Shown: one piece after another, positions 46,464 through 55,776 of the stretch
How positions within the stretch are numbered: the first letter of the stretch is position 1
Layout of the letters: every line of letters starts with the position of its first letter
DNA from: Felixounavirus LF110P4
Sequence record: OZ035790.1
DNA: 64,000 bases
Reading direction: 5' to 3' (one strand)
The notes under the pieces: generated by a model
Told to the model about the DNA's origin: nothing
The model's input: only the letters and a program-made list of their open reading frames with translations
The model's database searches: none
Made by a program: the position numbers and the translations under genes

Positions 46464-46518
46464 TTTTAACAACTATGAGGGTCGTAAAAGACCCTCTAAA
46501 AATAACTTTGGAGAGACC

Positions 46519-46776
46519 ATGAAAGATTTAATAGAAAAACATGAGCGACCAATATACTTGCTCTACAAACCCCGCAAAACATTGTACTATGTGAGCAGCA
46601 CAGGTATCATGATAAAGCAGAATGATGACTTATGGGTCACTGGAGCCTCTTACATCTCTACAGCAGATGGTAAAATCTACGCAAGACCTTATGAGATGTT
46701 TAACAAAGAGAATTGGGAAGTTTTAGACAGAAAACAAGCCTTAGAAATGATAAAGAAAGGAGAAATCACGCTATGA
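46519..46776 (+). CDS. small protein between nrdA and nrdB
   Basis: track ORF 46435..46776 trimmed to ATG 46519; stop overlaps nrdB ATG (ATGA). Confidence 0.4.
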   Translation: MKDLIEKHERPIYLLYKPRKTLYYVSSTGIMIKQNDDLWVTGASYISTADGKIYARPYEMFNKENWEVLDRKQALEMIKKGEITL

Positions 46777-47846
46777 TTAACCAGCACCCAATCTTTTTAG
46801 GTGGTGAGAGAAAAACTTTTGACTCACTCAATAAGCACTACCCAAAAATCTTTGAACTTTATAAACAACAAAAAGCACAAGACTGGTCAGAAGATGAGTT
46901 CCCTTTTGAACAATCACGTCTTGATTTTGAGAGTGTCCCAGCATCAATGTCAGGTGTAATGCTTGAGATTCTTAAGTGGCAATGGGAAGCAGACACTCAA
47001 GTTGCTAAGAGCTTGGCATTTGCCTTTGCACCTTTTATCTCTGATGACATTTATGCAACTGCAATTATGAAGCAGTCTGAGATTGAAAACCTACATGCTC
47101 TTACTTACTCAGAGATTGTAAGACAATGTATTAAAAACCCTGAAACAATCTTAGATGAGATTAACCAGAATGTTGCTGTGCAAGACCGATTAAAAACTGT
47201 GAATCGTGTTCTTGAAGAATTACTGGATGAAGGTATAAACTATCGTCTGAGTTATGTGCGTGACTCACTTCTGGACAAAGACCCTTTACACTTCCATAAA
47301 GTGATTCTGAAAGGTCTATTTGCAGTGACTGCACTGGAAGGAATATCTTTTATGGCATCCTTTGCATGTACTTTTGCACTTGATGCTCAAGATAAATTTC
47401 AAGGTATTGCTCAAGCTGTCCAGAAAATTATGCTTGACGAAATCCTTCACACTAAAATTGATATTGAAGTTTTAAAAGAAACTTTAAGAGATGATGAGTG
47501 GCAAAAAGCTTTCCAACAAATTCTTCCAGAGATTAAAGTAATCTTAGATGAAGTAGTTGAAAGTGAAGAGAAATGGTCGTATTATATCTTCTCCGAAGGA
47601 CGTGCTGTAGTTGGGTTAAATACAAAGCTTCTTCATGAGTGGGTTTACTATAATGCTGCCCCACTGTATGATATGTTTGGCATTCCCAGAGATTTTGTAG
47701 CTCCTAAAGAACCACCTTTGAAGTATATGATTAAGAAGATGGAAATTGATAAAGAGCAGAATGCTAATCAGGAGCAACAGAACGGTGCGTATTTATTGAA
47801 TACTGTTGTAGATGATTTGAATAGTGGATTTTTAGAGGTTCCTTAA
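46773..47846 (+). CDS. nrdB: ribonucleoside-diphosphate reductase beta subunit
   Basis: 357 aa after trimming to ATG 46773; ferritin-like helical protein between nrdA and a glutaredoxin-like gene. Confidence 0.8.
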   Translation: MINQHPIFLGGERKTFDSLNKHYPKIFELYKQQKAQDWSEDEFPFEQSRLDFESVPASMSGVMLEILKWQWEADTQVAKSLAFAFAPFISDDIYATAIMKQSEIENLHALTYSEIVRQCIKNPETILDEINQNVAVQDRLKTVNRVLEELLDEGINYRLSYVRDSLLDKDPLHFHKVILKGLFAVTALEGISFMASFACTFALDAQDKFQGIAQAVQKIMLDEILHTKIDIEVLKETLRDDEWQKAFQQILPEIKVILDEVVESEEKWSYYIFSEGRAVVGLNTKLLHEWVYYNAAPLYDMFGIPRDFVAPKEPPLKYMIKKMEIDKEQNANQEQQNGAYLLNTVVDDLNSGFLEVP

Positions 47847-48088
47847 TGACTTATGTAATTTACTCCAAAACTGGATGCCCTCAGTGTGAGACTGCAAAGA
47901 ATTTTGCGAAAGCTCGTGGTATTGACCATGTTGTGAGAATGTTAGGGCAGGATTATGAACTGCCAGACCTGATGGATATTGCACAGATGCCAGTTCGTCA
48001 GATGCCATTCATCATGAAAACTGACGGTCAAAACCTAAAACCTGTTGGGACGCTACAGAATTTTATGGCAGAGGTGAATAATGCTTAA
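47846..48088 (+). CDS. glutaredoxin/NrdH-like redoxin
   Basis: 80 aa with N-terminal CPQC active-site motif; adjacent to nrdB. Confidence 0.75.
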   Translation: MTYVIYSKTGCPQCETAKNFAKARGIDHVVRMLGQDYELPDLMDIAQMPVRQMPFIMKTDGQNLKPVGTLQNFMAEVNNA

Positions 48089-48287
48089 ACGCATTTGGGA
48101 AGGTTTGGTTGTTGATGCACCAGCTATTGTGATTGGTATGCTGATTGTTAACCTATTTACTGACTTTGAACAAGGTTCATTGTTTGGAGCCATGTTACTA
48201 TGGGTTATCTTCGAAATATTAGAGATACAGCTAGGCATCACTGAAAAACTAAGAAAACTCGTTTCAAAGTTTTCTAAAAAGATTTAA
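48081..48287 (+). CDS. small membrane protein
   Basis: 68 aa, two hydrophobic segments; gaggtga RBS. Confidence 0.4.
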   Translation: MLKRIWEGLVVDAPAIVIGMLIVNLFTDFEQGSLFGAMLLWVIFEILEIQLGITEKLRKLVSKFSKKI

Positions 48288-48292
48288 AATGA

Positions 48293-48318
48293 AAGGGTCT
48301 CTTCGGAGACCTTTTTAG
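48293..48318 (+). terminator. intrinsic terminator (UUCG tetraloop)
   Basis: gggtctc-ttcg-gagacc then TTTTT. Confidence 0.65.
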
Positions 48319-48335
48319 CATGTAAAGGGGCAATA

Positions 48336-50480
48336 ATGAACAAAGTACAGATTATTAAAAAGAATGGCTCACTTGAAGAACCTGATATCAAAAAAGTTTT
48401 AGCAGCAGTAACTAAGTCAGCTAACAGGGTTGGATATAAAGAACTCCCACCAGATGTTACCCAAGCTCTTGAGTCAGCATTTATGAGGATTCTGGTAAAG
48501 TCCACTAAACAGAATAATTTGCTAATTTCGGTAAATGATATTCACAGTATTGTTGAGGGTGCTTTGGCAGAAGTCAATCACGAAATCTATGAGTCTTACT
48601 CAACATATAGAAATTACCGTAAAGAAGTTGCTCAAAATTGGGATGAACTCTACCAGAAGACCAGAGATACACTCTTCTTAGGTGACAGAGAGAATGCTAA
48701 CTTTGACAGCAGTTTAATTTCTACAAAAGGTTCAATTATTCGTGGTTACCTGACTAAAGAAATCTTTAAGCAGTACCATTTAACACCAGAGGAACTTGAA
48801 GCCATTGAAAAAGGGTTTATCTATATCCACGATTTAAGAGACCTGATTTTTGGCGGCATTAACTGTTGCTTGTTTGACATTGGTAAAGTACTGAAAGGTG
48901 GCTTTGAGATGTCTGGCATCGAATACTGTGAACCGAAGTCTGTGCTGTCAGCCTTACAGGTTATTGGTGATGTAGTTCTTTCAGCAACTGCACAGCAATT
49001 TGGTGGATTTACTTTAGCAGAGATTGATAAGGTGCTTGTACCGTATGCTAAAAAGTCTCTACGCTACCATGCTGAGAAAGCAGCATCTTACGGTATTCCT
49101 AAAGAACATTACCACAATTATGTCATGGAGCAGCTACAGCTTGAATTAACTCAGGGTTTCCAGTCACTCGAAATGAAACTAAATACTGTACCTTGTAGCC
49201 GTGGTGATTTTGCATTTACAACTTTGACATTTGGATTACTTGACTCAGATATGTCTAATGAAGACAACCGACTGCAATACATGATTGCAAACACCATTCT
49301 TGATGTTCGCATGAATGGACAAGGTAAGAGTAAGAAGCCTGTTGTATTCCCTAAACTGGTTTATATTCATGACCAGAAGAGACACGATGAGAATATCTGT
49401 CAAGGCCAACTGTACAGTAAAGCTATAGAGTGTTGCTCTAAAGCGATGTATCCAGATTTCTTAAGTGTATCTGGTCATGGTGCTGTAGCAGAAGCTTTTG
49501 AGCGTTCTGGCAAGGTAATCTCGCCGATGGGTTGTAGAGCCTTCTTATCTCCATATCTTAACGAGGATGGGGAAGAGTTCTACGTTGGTCGTGCTAACAT
49601 TGGTGCTGTATCTTTGAACTTACCAATGATTTACCAGTATTCTAAAGAGAATGGTTTAGATTTCTGGAAAGAGCTTGATAAGTACCTAGAGATGATTCGC
49701 AACTTCCACAAGAAACGCTACGAAATGATTGCTAATATGCCAGCAAGTTCTAACCCTCTTGCGTTCACACAAGGTGGTCTGTACAAAGGAACTAAGAAAC
49801 CTACTGACAAGGTTGGTTGGGATATTGTGAAGTCCTTCACAGCTTCTTTTGGTGTTACTGCGCTTGATGAGTTGTCTGTTCTTGCTGAAGGTAAACGACT
49901 TCATGAAGTTGGAAGCTATAGTTTTGCATATGATGTTCTGGCATACATTAACATGAAAACCGAAGAGTTTAAAAATGAAGATGGCTTCTTATATGCCGTC
50001 TATGGTACTCCAGCAGAATCACTATGTGGGACTCAGCTAAAACAGTTCAGAGATATGTTTGGGGTTATCAAAGGTGTTTCCGATAAGGAATACTTTACAA
50101 ACAGTTTCCATATGAATGTTGTAGCAGACATCTCACCATTTGAGAAGCAGGACTTAGAAGAGCCATTCTTCCATATCTGTAGAGGCGGTAGAATCCAGTA
50201 TGTAAGAGTAGCTAACCCAGAAAACTTATCAGCACTTAAGAGCTGTATTACAAGAGGAATGTTGAAAGGTTTCTATCAGGGACTTAACTTTGACTTAGCA
50301 ATCTGTGAACATTGTGGTAACAGGCCAAAGGCTGATGTTGAAGAATGTGAAGTTTGTCACTCACATGATATCTCTGTGATTAACAGGGTGTGCGGGTACT
50401 TGTCATTCACAAAAATTAAAGGTCAGTCTCGAATGAATGACGCTAAGATGGCAGAAATTAAGGATAGGGTTTCTATGTAG
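48336..50480 (+). CDS. nrdD: anaerobic ribonucleoside-triphosphate reductase
   Basis: N-terminal ATP-cone; zinc ribbon CEHCGN...CEVC; glycyl-radical motif RVCGYLS near C-terminus; 714 aa colinear. Confidence 0.9.
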   Translation: MNKVQIIKKNGSLEEPDIKKVLAAVTKSANRVGYKELPPDVTQALESAFMRILVKSTKQNNLLISVNDIHSIVEGALAEVNHEIYESYSTYRNYRKEVAQNWDELYQKTRDTLFLGDRENANFDSSLISTKGSIIRGYLTKEIFKQYHLTPEELEAIEKGFIYIHDLRDLIFGGINCCLFDIGKVLKGGFEMSGIEYCEPKSVLSALQVIGDVVLSATAQQFGGFTLAEIDKVLVPYAKKSLRYHAEKAASYGIPKEHYHNYVMEQLQLELTQGFQSLEMKLNTVPCSRGDFAFTTLTFGLLDSDMSNEDNRLQYMIANTILDVRMNGQGKSKKPVVFPKLVYIHDQKRHDENICQGQLYSKAIECCSKAMYPDFLSVSGHGAVAEAFERSGKVISPMGCRAFLSPYLNEDGEEFYVGRANIGAVSLNLPMIYQYSKENGLDFWKELDKYLEMIRNFHKKRYEMIANMPASSNPLAFTQGGLYKGTKKPTDKVGWDIVKSFTASFGVTALDELSVLAEGKRLHEVGSYSFAYDVLAYINMKTEEFKNEDGFLYAVYGTPAESLCGTQLKQFRDMFGVIKGVSDKEYFTNSFHMNVVADISPFEKQDLEEPFFHICRGGRIQYVRVANPENLSALKSCITRGMLKGFYQGLNFDLAICEHCGNRPKADVEECEVCHSHDISVINRVCGYLSFTKIKGQSRMNDAKMAEIKDRVSM

Positions 50481-50487
50481 AATACAA

Positions 50488-51066
50488 ATGAATTACGAAC
50501 TAATATATAATGCAATTATTAAAAAGGCACATTCTGAAAGGGGTGTGCCTCTCACATACTACAAATGTCAAGGTAAGGGTTATGAAAGACACCATATCAT
50601 ACCAGTATGTCTAGGTGGCGATAAAATTAGTGGAGATAACATTGCTTTACTTACACCTAGAGAGCATTATATAGCTCATAAATTACTGGTTAAGATGTAT
50701 CCAAACAATCATAAGTTATGGTTTGCATGGAGCAGGTTAGCTCATGATGGCCTAGATAGGAAAATATCATCCAGAGACTATGAAAAGGTAAGGGCTTTAA
50801 ACTCGAAAGCTCTATCGATTGTGAATAAAGGTAGGGTTTTCACTGAAGAGCATCGAAGACGATTAGGAGAAGCTCAAATAGGTAATACAAAGTCAAAAGG
50901 TTGTAAAAGGTCTATGGAAACAAGGAAGAAGATGTCAGAAGCCGGAAAAAAGCCAAAGAAAAAGAAAACTTGCCCGCATTGTGGCATGACTGGTGGTGCT
51001 GGTAACATGACTCGATATCATTTTGACAATTGTAAGAAAAAAAAAATAACCTTATGTAAAACTTGA
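50488..51066 (+). CDS. HNH homing endonuclease with NUMOD-like repeats
   Basis: HNH motif RHHIIPVCLGGDKISGDNIALLTPREH; NUMOD3-like FTEEHRRRLGEAQIG and SMETRKKMSEAGKK; between nrdD and nrdG. Confidence 0.75.
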   Translation: MNYELIYNAIIKKAHSERGVPLTYYKCQGKGYERHHIIPVCLGGDKISGDNIALLTPREHYIAHKLLVKMYPNNHKLWFAWSRLAHDGLDRKISSRDYEKVRALNSKALSIVNKGRVFTEEHRRRLGEAQIGNTKSKGCKRSMETRKKMSEAGKKPKKKKTCPHCGMTGGAGNMTRYHFDNCKKKKITLCKT

Positions 51067-51121
51067 CAAGGTGGTGTGGGTCTTGATAGGCTTACATCAC
51101 CTTTTTATTTGGAGTTACATT

Positions 51122-51457
51122 ATGGACTTGTGGCTTTATGTAGCAGTTTGTGGGATTGTATGTCTGATAATCTTATTTATTCTTGGAATAATGCGATTTA
51201 GAGACATCATACAGTCAGATTTTTTGCCTGAGTTTGCCATGATGGTTGGAGTTATTGCACTTTGTGTCTTGGCGGTGTTCTATTCATACAAAACTGTGAT
51301 ATGGATGAAGTCAAACAATTGTGTAAAAACTCATCAACATCGTGAGGTTACTTATTTTGTGAGTGTACTTAGTGGGAACACCACTGTACTTGTCCCACAA
51401 ACTTCTGTAGAGTATCTTTACACATGTGATAATGGTAAAACTATATGGTGGAATTAA
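51122..51457 (+). CDS. small membrane protein
   Basis: two predicted TM helices; track ORF 51071 (GTG) trimmed to ATG 51122. Confidence 0.35.
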   Translation: MDLWLYVAVCGIVCLIILFILGIMRFRDIIQSDFLPEFAMMVGVIALCVLAVFYSYKTVIWMKSNNCVKTHQHREVTYFVSVLSGNTTVLVPQTSVEYLYTCDNGKTIWWN

Positions 51458-51459
51458 CA

Positions 51460-51660
51460 ATGGCAACACTCTTAAAGGTATTGACACCCACACTACACAT
51501 AGTAATCTTCTTCTTTGGGGTTAGTGTTATGGTATGGGGTTTTTCAGACCCACAATGGAGTTTCTCATATCATGGTCAGATGGATTTATGGTCATGCTTC
51601 AAACCATTTTTAGGGTTAGTCATAGCATTCAGTGCATTACCAACTAAGGTGAAATTATGA
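51460..51660 (+). CDS. small membrane protein
   Basis: hydrophobic segment HIVIFFFGVSVMVWGF. Confidence 0.35.
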   Translation: MATLLKVLTPTLHIVIFFFGVSVMVWGFSDPQWSFSYHGQMDLWSCFKPFLGLVIAFSALPTKVKL

Positions 51661-52052
51661 TTAAGTTGAGCCAAAAACAGTTAGAGTGGATTAAAGATTA
51701 TGCCTCAGAGTGTGGCTCTTGTGAAAAGAATCACGTAAGATACTCAACATTCCACACGGTCTTCACATTGTATATCGGCGACAATGTTCTAAGTGATTCT
51801 GTAGAAGATGGTGTAGCATTGCCTAATGAATTGCTTGACAAATTAGCTGTAGTCACTGGAACTTGGTCTGAAGAAGATGGTCACGAACTATCTGATGATG
51901 TTGTCTTCTACAGTCTTGAAAACATCATGAATCCAGAGTACATTATGCTAATGACTTGCGCACAAGATTGTGTACCATTACAAAACTTCATTAAAGAGCA
52001 CTGTGAAGAATTTATTACTAAACAGGTTCCTTGTCAGGTGGTGTTTGAATGA
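51657..52052 (+). CDS. hypothetical acidic protein
   Basis: 131 aa ORF. Confidence 0.35.
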   Translation: MIKLSQKQLEWIKDYASECGSCEKNHVRYSTFHTVFTLYIGDNVLSDSVEDGVALPNELLDKLAVVTGTWSEEDGHELSDDVVFYSLENIMNPEYIMLMTCAQDCVPLQNFIKEHCEEFITKQVPCQVVFE

Positions 52053-52348
52053 GTAAAACAATTCGAAGAAAAGGTTTAAAGAACGTTCATGGACTCTATG
52101 AGTGGAGAAATGAGGTACGTAACAGAGAAAATGCTTCAGATGTCTACTTCCATTCTGATATGATGTCCAGAAAAGGTGGCTCTTACGACTTCACAAGCCA
52201 GCCTTGTAGAGAGATTAAGAAGGCCACTAAACGTCTTACAAGAACACAAATAAGGCAGCTTTCTAAGACATCCTTCTTAGATGAAGATTTTGATATTGAT
52301 AGCAAGTCTCCAAAGAAATCCGCTAAGAACACTTATATGTATTGGTGA
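52049..52348 (+). CDS. hypothetical basic protein
   Basis: 99 aa ORF. Confidence 0.35.
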   Translation: MSKTIRRKGLKNVHGLYEWRNEVRNRENASDVYFHSDMMSRKGGSYDFTSQPCREIKKATKRLTRTQIRQLSKTSFLDEDFDIDSKSPKKSAKNTYMYW

Positions 52349-52357
52349 GGTAACTAG

Positions 52358-52843
52358 ATGAATTACATGGAGATTCGACCATTTGACACAGCTAATGGTG
52401 AAGGGGTTCGTGTAAGCCTCTTCGTAGCTGGTTGTAAGCATCACTGTGAAGGTTGCTTTAATAAGGAATCTTGGAAGTTTAATGCTGGTAAAGAGTTCAC
52501 TTATGCAAACCTTTATGGCATCATTAAGTTAATGGATGATAATGCCATCAGTGGGCTGTCAATACTTGGTGGAGAACCTCTGGATGATAGAAACATTCAA
52601 GAGGTTACCAACATATGCAAACGTATTAAAACCGTTTACCCAGAAAAATCTATCTGGCTCTGGACAGGTTTTCAGTTACATGAAAAAATTCACCTTGATG
52701 TGATGAAATATGTTGACGTGGTGATTGATGGTAAGTATGATTCATCTAAACCAACAGTTAAACCGTATCGTGGTTCAGATAACCAAAACCTCTGGAGAAA
52801 AGAGTACGGATGGCAAGGTGATTGTCAGTGGAGAGCAGAGTGA
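52358..52843 (+). CDS. nrdG: anaerobic ribonucleotide reductase activating enzyme (radical SAM)
   Basis: radical-SAM cluster motif CKHHCEGC near N-terminus; 161 aa; ggtgagg RBS. Confidence 0.85.
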   Translation: MNYMEIRPFDTANGEGVRVSLFVAGCKHHCEGCFNKESWKFNAGKEFTYANLYGIIKLMDDNAISGLSILGGEPLDDRNIQEVTNICKRIKTVYPEKSIWLWTGFQLHEKIHLDVMKYVDVVIDGKYDSSKPTVKPYRGSDNQNLWRKEYGWQGDCQWRAE

Positions 52844-52939
52844 TTATTCTGGCAAATGGACTAAGGTATAACTCCAATTGGTATCACTGAAGAAGAACTT
52901 CATAAGTTCTGTATTAAACTTTAATGAGAGAGACTAAAA

Positions 52940-53206
52940 ATGGGAATTTTAGGTAATATGAAAGCTGGATTCTTAAAGGCACTGGAAAAAGCAGCAGCAA
53001 TTGTTTCTATGACTGGAAAGCAGGTCGGTGTAGATGCTTCAGCGGTTGCACAGGTTCTTGCAAGCCAAATTGAACAGCAGCCTTACATCTACGTAGGACG
53101 TGGTAAAGGTGGTAAGAAACAAGCCCACCGCCAATCTGGTGCAGCAGCTATTAAACGAGCAGCTAAGAAAGCTCGTAACCGTAAACGTAACAAGAAGGTT
53201 AAATAA
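52940..53206 (+). CDS. hypothetical protein with basic C-terminal tail
   Basis: 88 aa ending KKARNRKRNKKVK. Confidence 0.35.
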   Translation: MGILGNMKAGFLKALEKAAAIVSMTGKQVGVDASAVAQVLASQIEQQPYIYVGRGKGGKKQAHRQSGAAAIKRAAKKARNRKRNKKVK

Positions 53207-53208
53207 CC

Positions 53209-53529
53209 ATGAGCAAAGTTTATAACACTCGTAAATTACAGATTTTCGTACTGTGCCAGTTTATGGCTAAAGAATGCAACTTCTACTATTGTGGTACAGG
53301 TTTTATTAGCGATGATGATGGCTCATACCTCCCATTCAAAGAAGCTGTAAAACTCTTTAATGAAGAGAAAAGCTCTAAGAAAGATATTGAAAAGGTTAAG
53401 CTAACCTACAGCAAGAAAGATAAGAAGATTATCTGCCTAGATAACTTTGTGAAAGTTACTGGAGAAGCAAAAGAGTTTATGGATGAGAGTGAGATTTCAT
53501 TCACAAGCATCTTGAAAGTAGCTCAGTAA
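53209..53529 (+). CDS. hypothetical protein
   Basis: 106 aa ORF. Confidence 0.35.
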   Translation: MSKVYNTRKLQIFVLCQFMAKECNFYYCGTGFISDDDGSYLPFKEAVKLFNEEKSSKKDIEKVKLTYSKKDKKIICLDNFVKVTGEAKEFMDESEISFTSILKVAQ

Positions 53530-53540
53530 ACAGATACTAT

Positions 53541-53573
53541 AAGGGGACTGTAAAGGTTCCCTTTTTATTTTGG
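53541..53573 (+). terminator. intrinsic terminator
   Basis: aagggga-loop-tccctt then TTTTTATTTT. Confidence 0.5.
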
Positions 53574-53580
53574 AGGTAAA

Positions 53581-54096
53581 ATGTATCTGTCAAACCTGAA
53601 ACGTTCGGTTGCAATGTCAGTTCTAAGACTCAGCTTTGATGAGCGTCAAGAGTTTATAGACTCCCACAAATATGACCCTTCAAATTCTAATCACATGGTT
53701 CTTTGGAATCGTGATAACTTCCGTGAAAGAGCACTTGTCCGTTATTACCCACACTACACAATAGATAACCTGTATGAATGGTGTGTTGTGAAGAACACCA
53801 TTGCAACACTGAACAATCTTTGCAGGTATACGGGTAAGCAAACATTTACATTAGGTCATCACAAACCTGTTACAAAAGGTGGTGAACATCACTGTGCAAA
53901 CTGGTTTATCCAAACTAAAGCTGATAACCAGAAGCAAGGAGATAGCCTCCTAAGTATCCCTAAGATGACCTATGAAGAGCAAGAGAAATATATCAAAAAT
54001 AATATGCCAGATGTGCTTGACAACAACTATACAGATTTGGCAATATCTCTCCTGTTGAAGTTCGAGACAGTTTATAGGGCAACTTATAATGGCTAA
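53581..54096 (+). CDS. hypothetical protein with HNH-like motif
   Basis: LGHHKPVTKGGEHHCANWFIQTKADNQKQG resembles an HNH nuclease core. Confidence 0.4.
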   Translation: MYLSNLKRSVAMSVLRLSFDERQEFIDSHKYDPSNSNHMVLWNRDNFRERALVRYYPHYTIDNLYEWCVVKNTIATLNNLCRYTGKQTFTLGHHKPVTKGGEHHCANWFIQTKADNQKQGDSLLSIPKMTYEEQEKYIKNNMPDVLDNNYTDLAISLLLKFETVYRATYNG

Positions 54097-54367
54097 AGAA
54101 AAGTGGGAGATTTTAACATTAGTCAGTGAAGGAGGTAATGGTTGTGAAATGTACATGATACGTGGTCATGTTCCAGAGCCAATTGCACTTGAGATGGTAA
54201 ACAACTTTACAGATGGTTCTTACAAAGACTTAGGCGAACCAACTGTCAAGCAACAATGGGTTAAACCTGTACCAGACAGCACAGGTAACTGTAGTGTACT
54301 TTATCACGTTGTAGACCCTGCAAAATGCAAATCTGCAATGGCAGTAACAAACGTAACTTTTGATTGA
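54089..54367 (+). CDS. hypothetical protein
   Basis: 92 aa ORF. Confidence 0.35.
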   Translation: MAKEKWEILTLVSEGGNGCEMYMIRGHVPEPIALEMVNNFTDGSYKDLGEPTVKQQWVKPVPDSTGNCSVLYHVVDPAKCKSAMAVTNVTFD

Positions 54368-54378
54368 GAGAGAAAACT

Positions 54379-55260
54379 ATGAAAACATCTATCCGTGTTA
54401 CAGTTCATTCACCAACTAAAGGAACTCATGAAGAAGAGTTTAACATCATCCAATTTCCTTCTGGTGAGATTGGTGGACACTTTTCGCCAGAGTTTGTTGA
54501 TTTCACTGCTTATGCAGCATCATCCATCAACAATGTGATTATGATTGTAAAAGGTTATGATAAGGACACTTTGTTTGCTGTGGCACTTGCTAAAGAAGCA
54601 ATTGATGATTTAATTCCTCATGATTATGCTTTAAAGACTGTCATCTTTTACTACTTACCAAATGCACGTTATGACCGTCACATGTTTAAAGGCGACGCAG
54701 CAGCTTTAAAGGTTTTTGCTAAACAGGTAAATGCAATGGGATTTGGTGCAGTCTGTGCAGTTGACCCTCACAGTTACGTTCCAGATAACCTGTTTAACTG
54801 CTTCCAGAGTATTCCTCAAAAGGAGATTGCAGTCCACTATGCAAATGACCCACTGGTTGATTACTTAGTAGCCCCAGATGCAGGTGCTGCTAAGAAGGTT
54901 GCAGAGACCGCTAAAGAGGTGGATAAACCATATATCACAATGTCTAAGGTGCGTAACCTTAAGACTGGTGAAATTACTGGTATGCGAATCCTTGATGATG
55001 TTGATTTGACAGATAAAACCGTCATGATTCTGGATGATATCTGTGATGGTGGTCGAACCTTCATAGAAGCAGCTAAGCATCTTCGTGAAGCAGGTGCAAA
55101 ACGTGTGGAACTCTATGTAACACATGGTATCTTCTCTAAAGATGTTGAAAACCTTCTTGACAATGGTATTGACCACATCTACACTACAAACTCTTTAGGG
55201 GAAGCTAAAGACCGTGGTTTAACACATTATGGTCAAGTTACTGTAGCAAATTTGGACTAG
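54379..55260 (+). CDS. prs: ribose-phosphate pyrophosphokinase-like protein (PRPP synthetase family; candidate NARP1 Adps)
   Basis: phosphoribosyltransferase PRPP-binding motif VMILDDICDGGRTF; ~294 aa; paired with NAMPT-like gene. Confidence 0.75.
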   Translation: MKTSIRVTVHSPTKGTHEEEFNIIQFPSGEIGGHFSPEFVDFTAYAASSINNVIMIVKGYDKDTLFAVALAKEAIDDLIPHDYALKTVIFYYLPNARYDRHMFKGDAAALKVFAKQVNAMGFGAVCAVDPHSYVPDNLFNCFQSIPQKEIAVHYANDPLVDYLVAPDAGAAKKVAETAKEVDKPYITMSKVRNLKTGEITGMRILDDVDLTDKTVMILDDICDGGRTFIEAAKHLREAGAKRVELYVTHGIFSKDVENLLDNGIDHIYTTNSLGEAKDRGLTHYGQVTVANLD

Positions 55261-55268
55261 GTAACAGT

Positions 55269-55760
55269 ATGAATAAGGGTTATTTTGAAAAATACCTAAT
55301 ATATGAACCAGATACAGGTTTATTAATTTGGAAAGTAACCCTTTGCAGTACCGCTATTGCTGGTAATGTGGCTGGCACAAGGTCTAAGAAGGGTTATATC
55401 CAAGTCCAGATAAATAAGAAGAGGTACTATGCACATAATATTGCATGGATTATGTCTGGGGGTGAGATACCAAGTGGATATGAGATAGACCACATAGACC
55501 TTGATAAAGCTAATAATAAGTTGGAGAACTTAAGACTTAGCACAAAGTCACAAAATCAGAGGAATAGGGGTATACACAAGAATAATAAGACTGGTGTGAA
55601 GGGTGTAAGTTTTTGTAAACAAACAGGTCTTTACAAAGCAAGAGTCATGCTTTACCATAAAGAATACTTTTGTGGAAGATTTAAAACAGTAGAAGAAGCA
55701 AAAGAAGCTGTAATTAAAAAGCGAATAGAACTTCATGGTGAGTTTGCAAGACATAACTAA
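55269..55760 (+). CDS. HNH homing endonuclease with AP2 domain
   Basis: YEPDTGLLIW, HNH_3-like EIDHIDLDKANNKLENLR, AP2-like GVKGVSFCKQTGLYKARV; inserted between prs-like and NAMPT-like genes. Confidence 0.75.
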   Translation: MNKGYFEKYLIYEPDTGLLIWKVTLCSTAIAGNVAGTRSKKGYIQVQINKKRYYAHNIAWIMSGGEIPSGYEIDHIDLDKANNKLENLRLSTKSQNQRNRGIHKNNKTGVKGVSFCKQTGLYKARVMLYHKEYFCGRFKTVEEAKEAVIKKRIELHGEFARHN

Positions 55761-55776
55761 GAGAGAGAGATAAAAT

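Noticed and set aside
51064-51100. TTGACA at 51064 as a promoter for the small membrane-protein genes
   Set aside because: No acceptable -10 element at 16-18 bp spacing (ataggc/gatagg), so not called.
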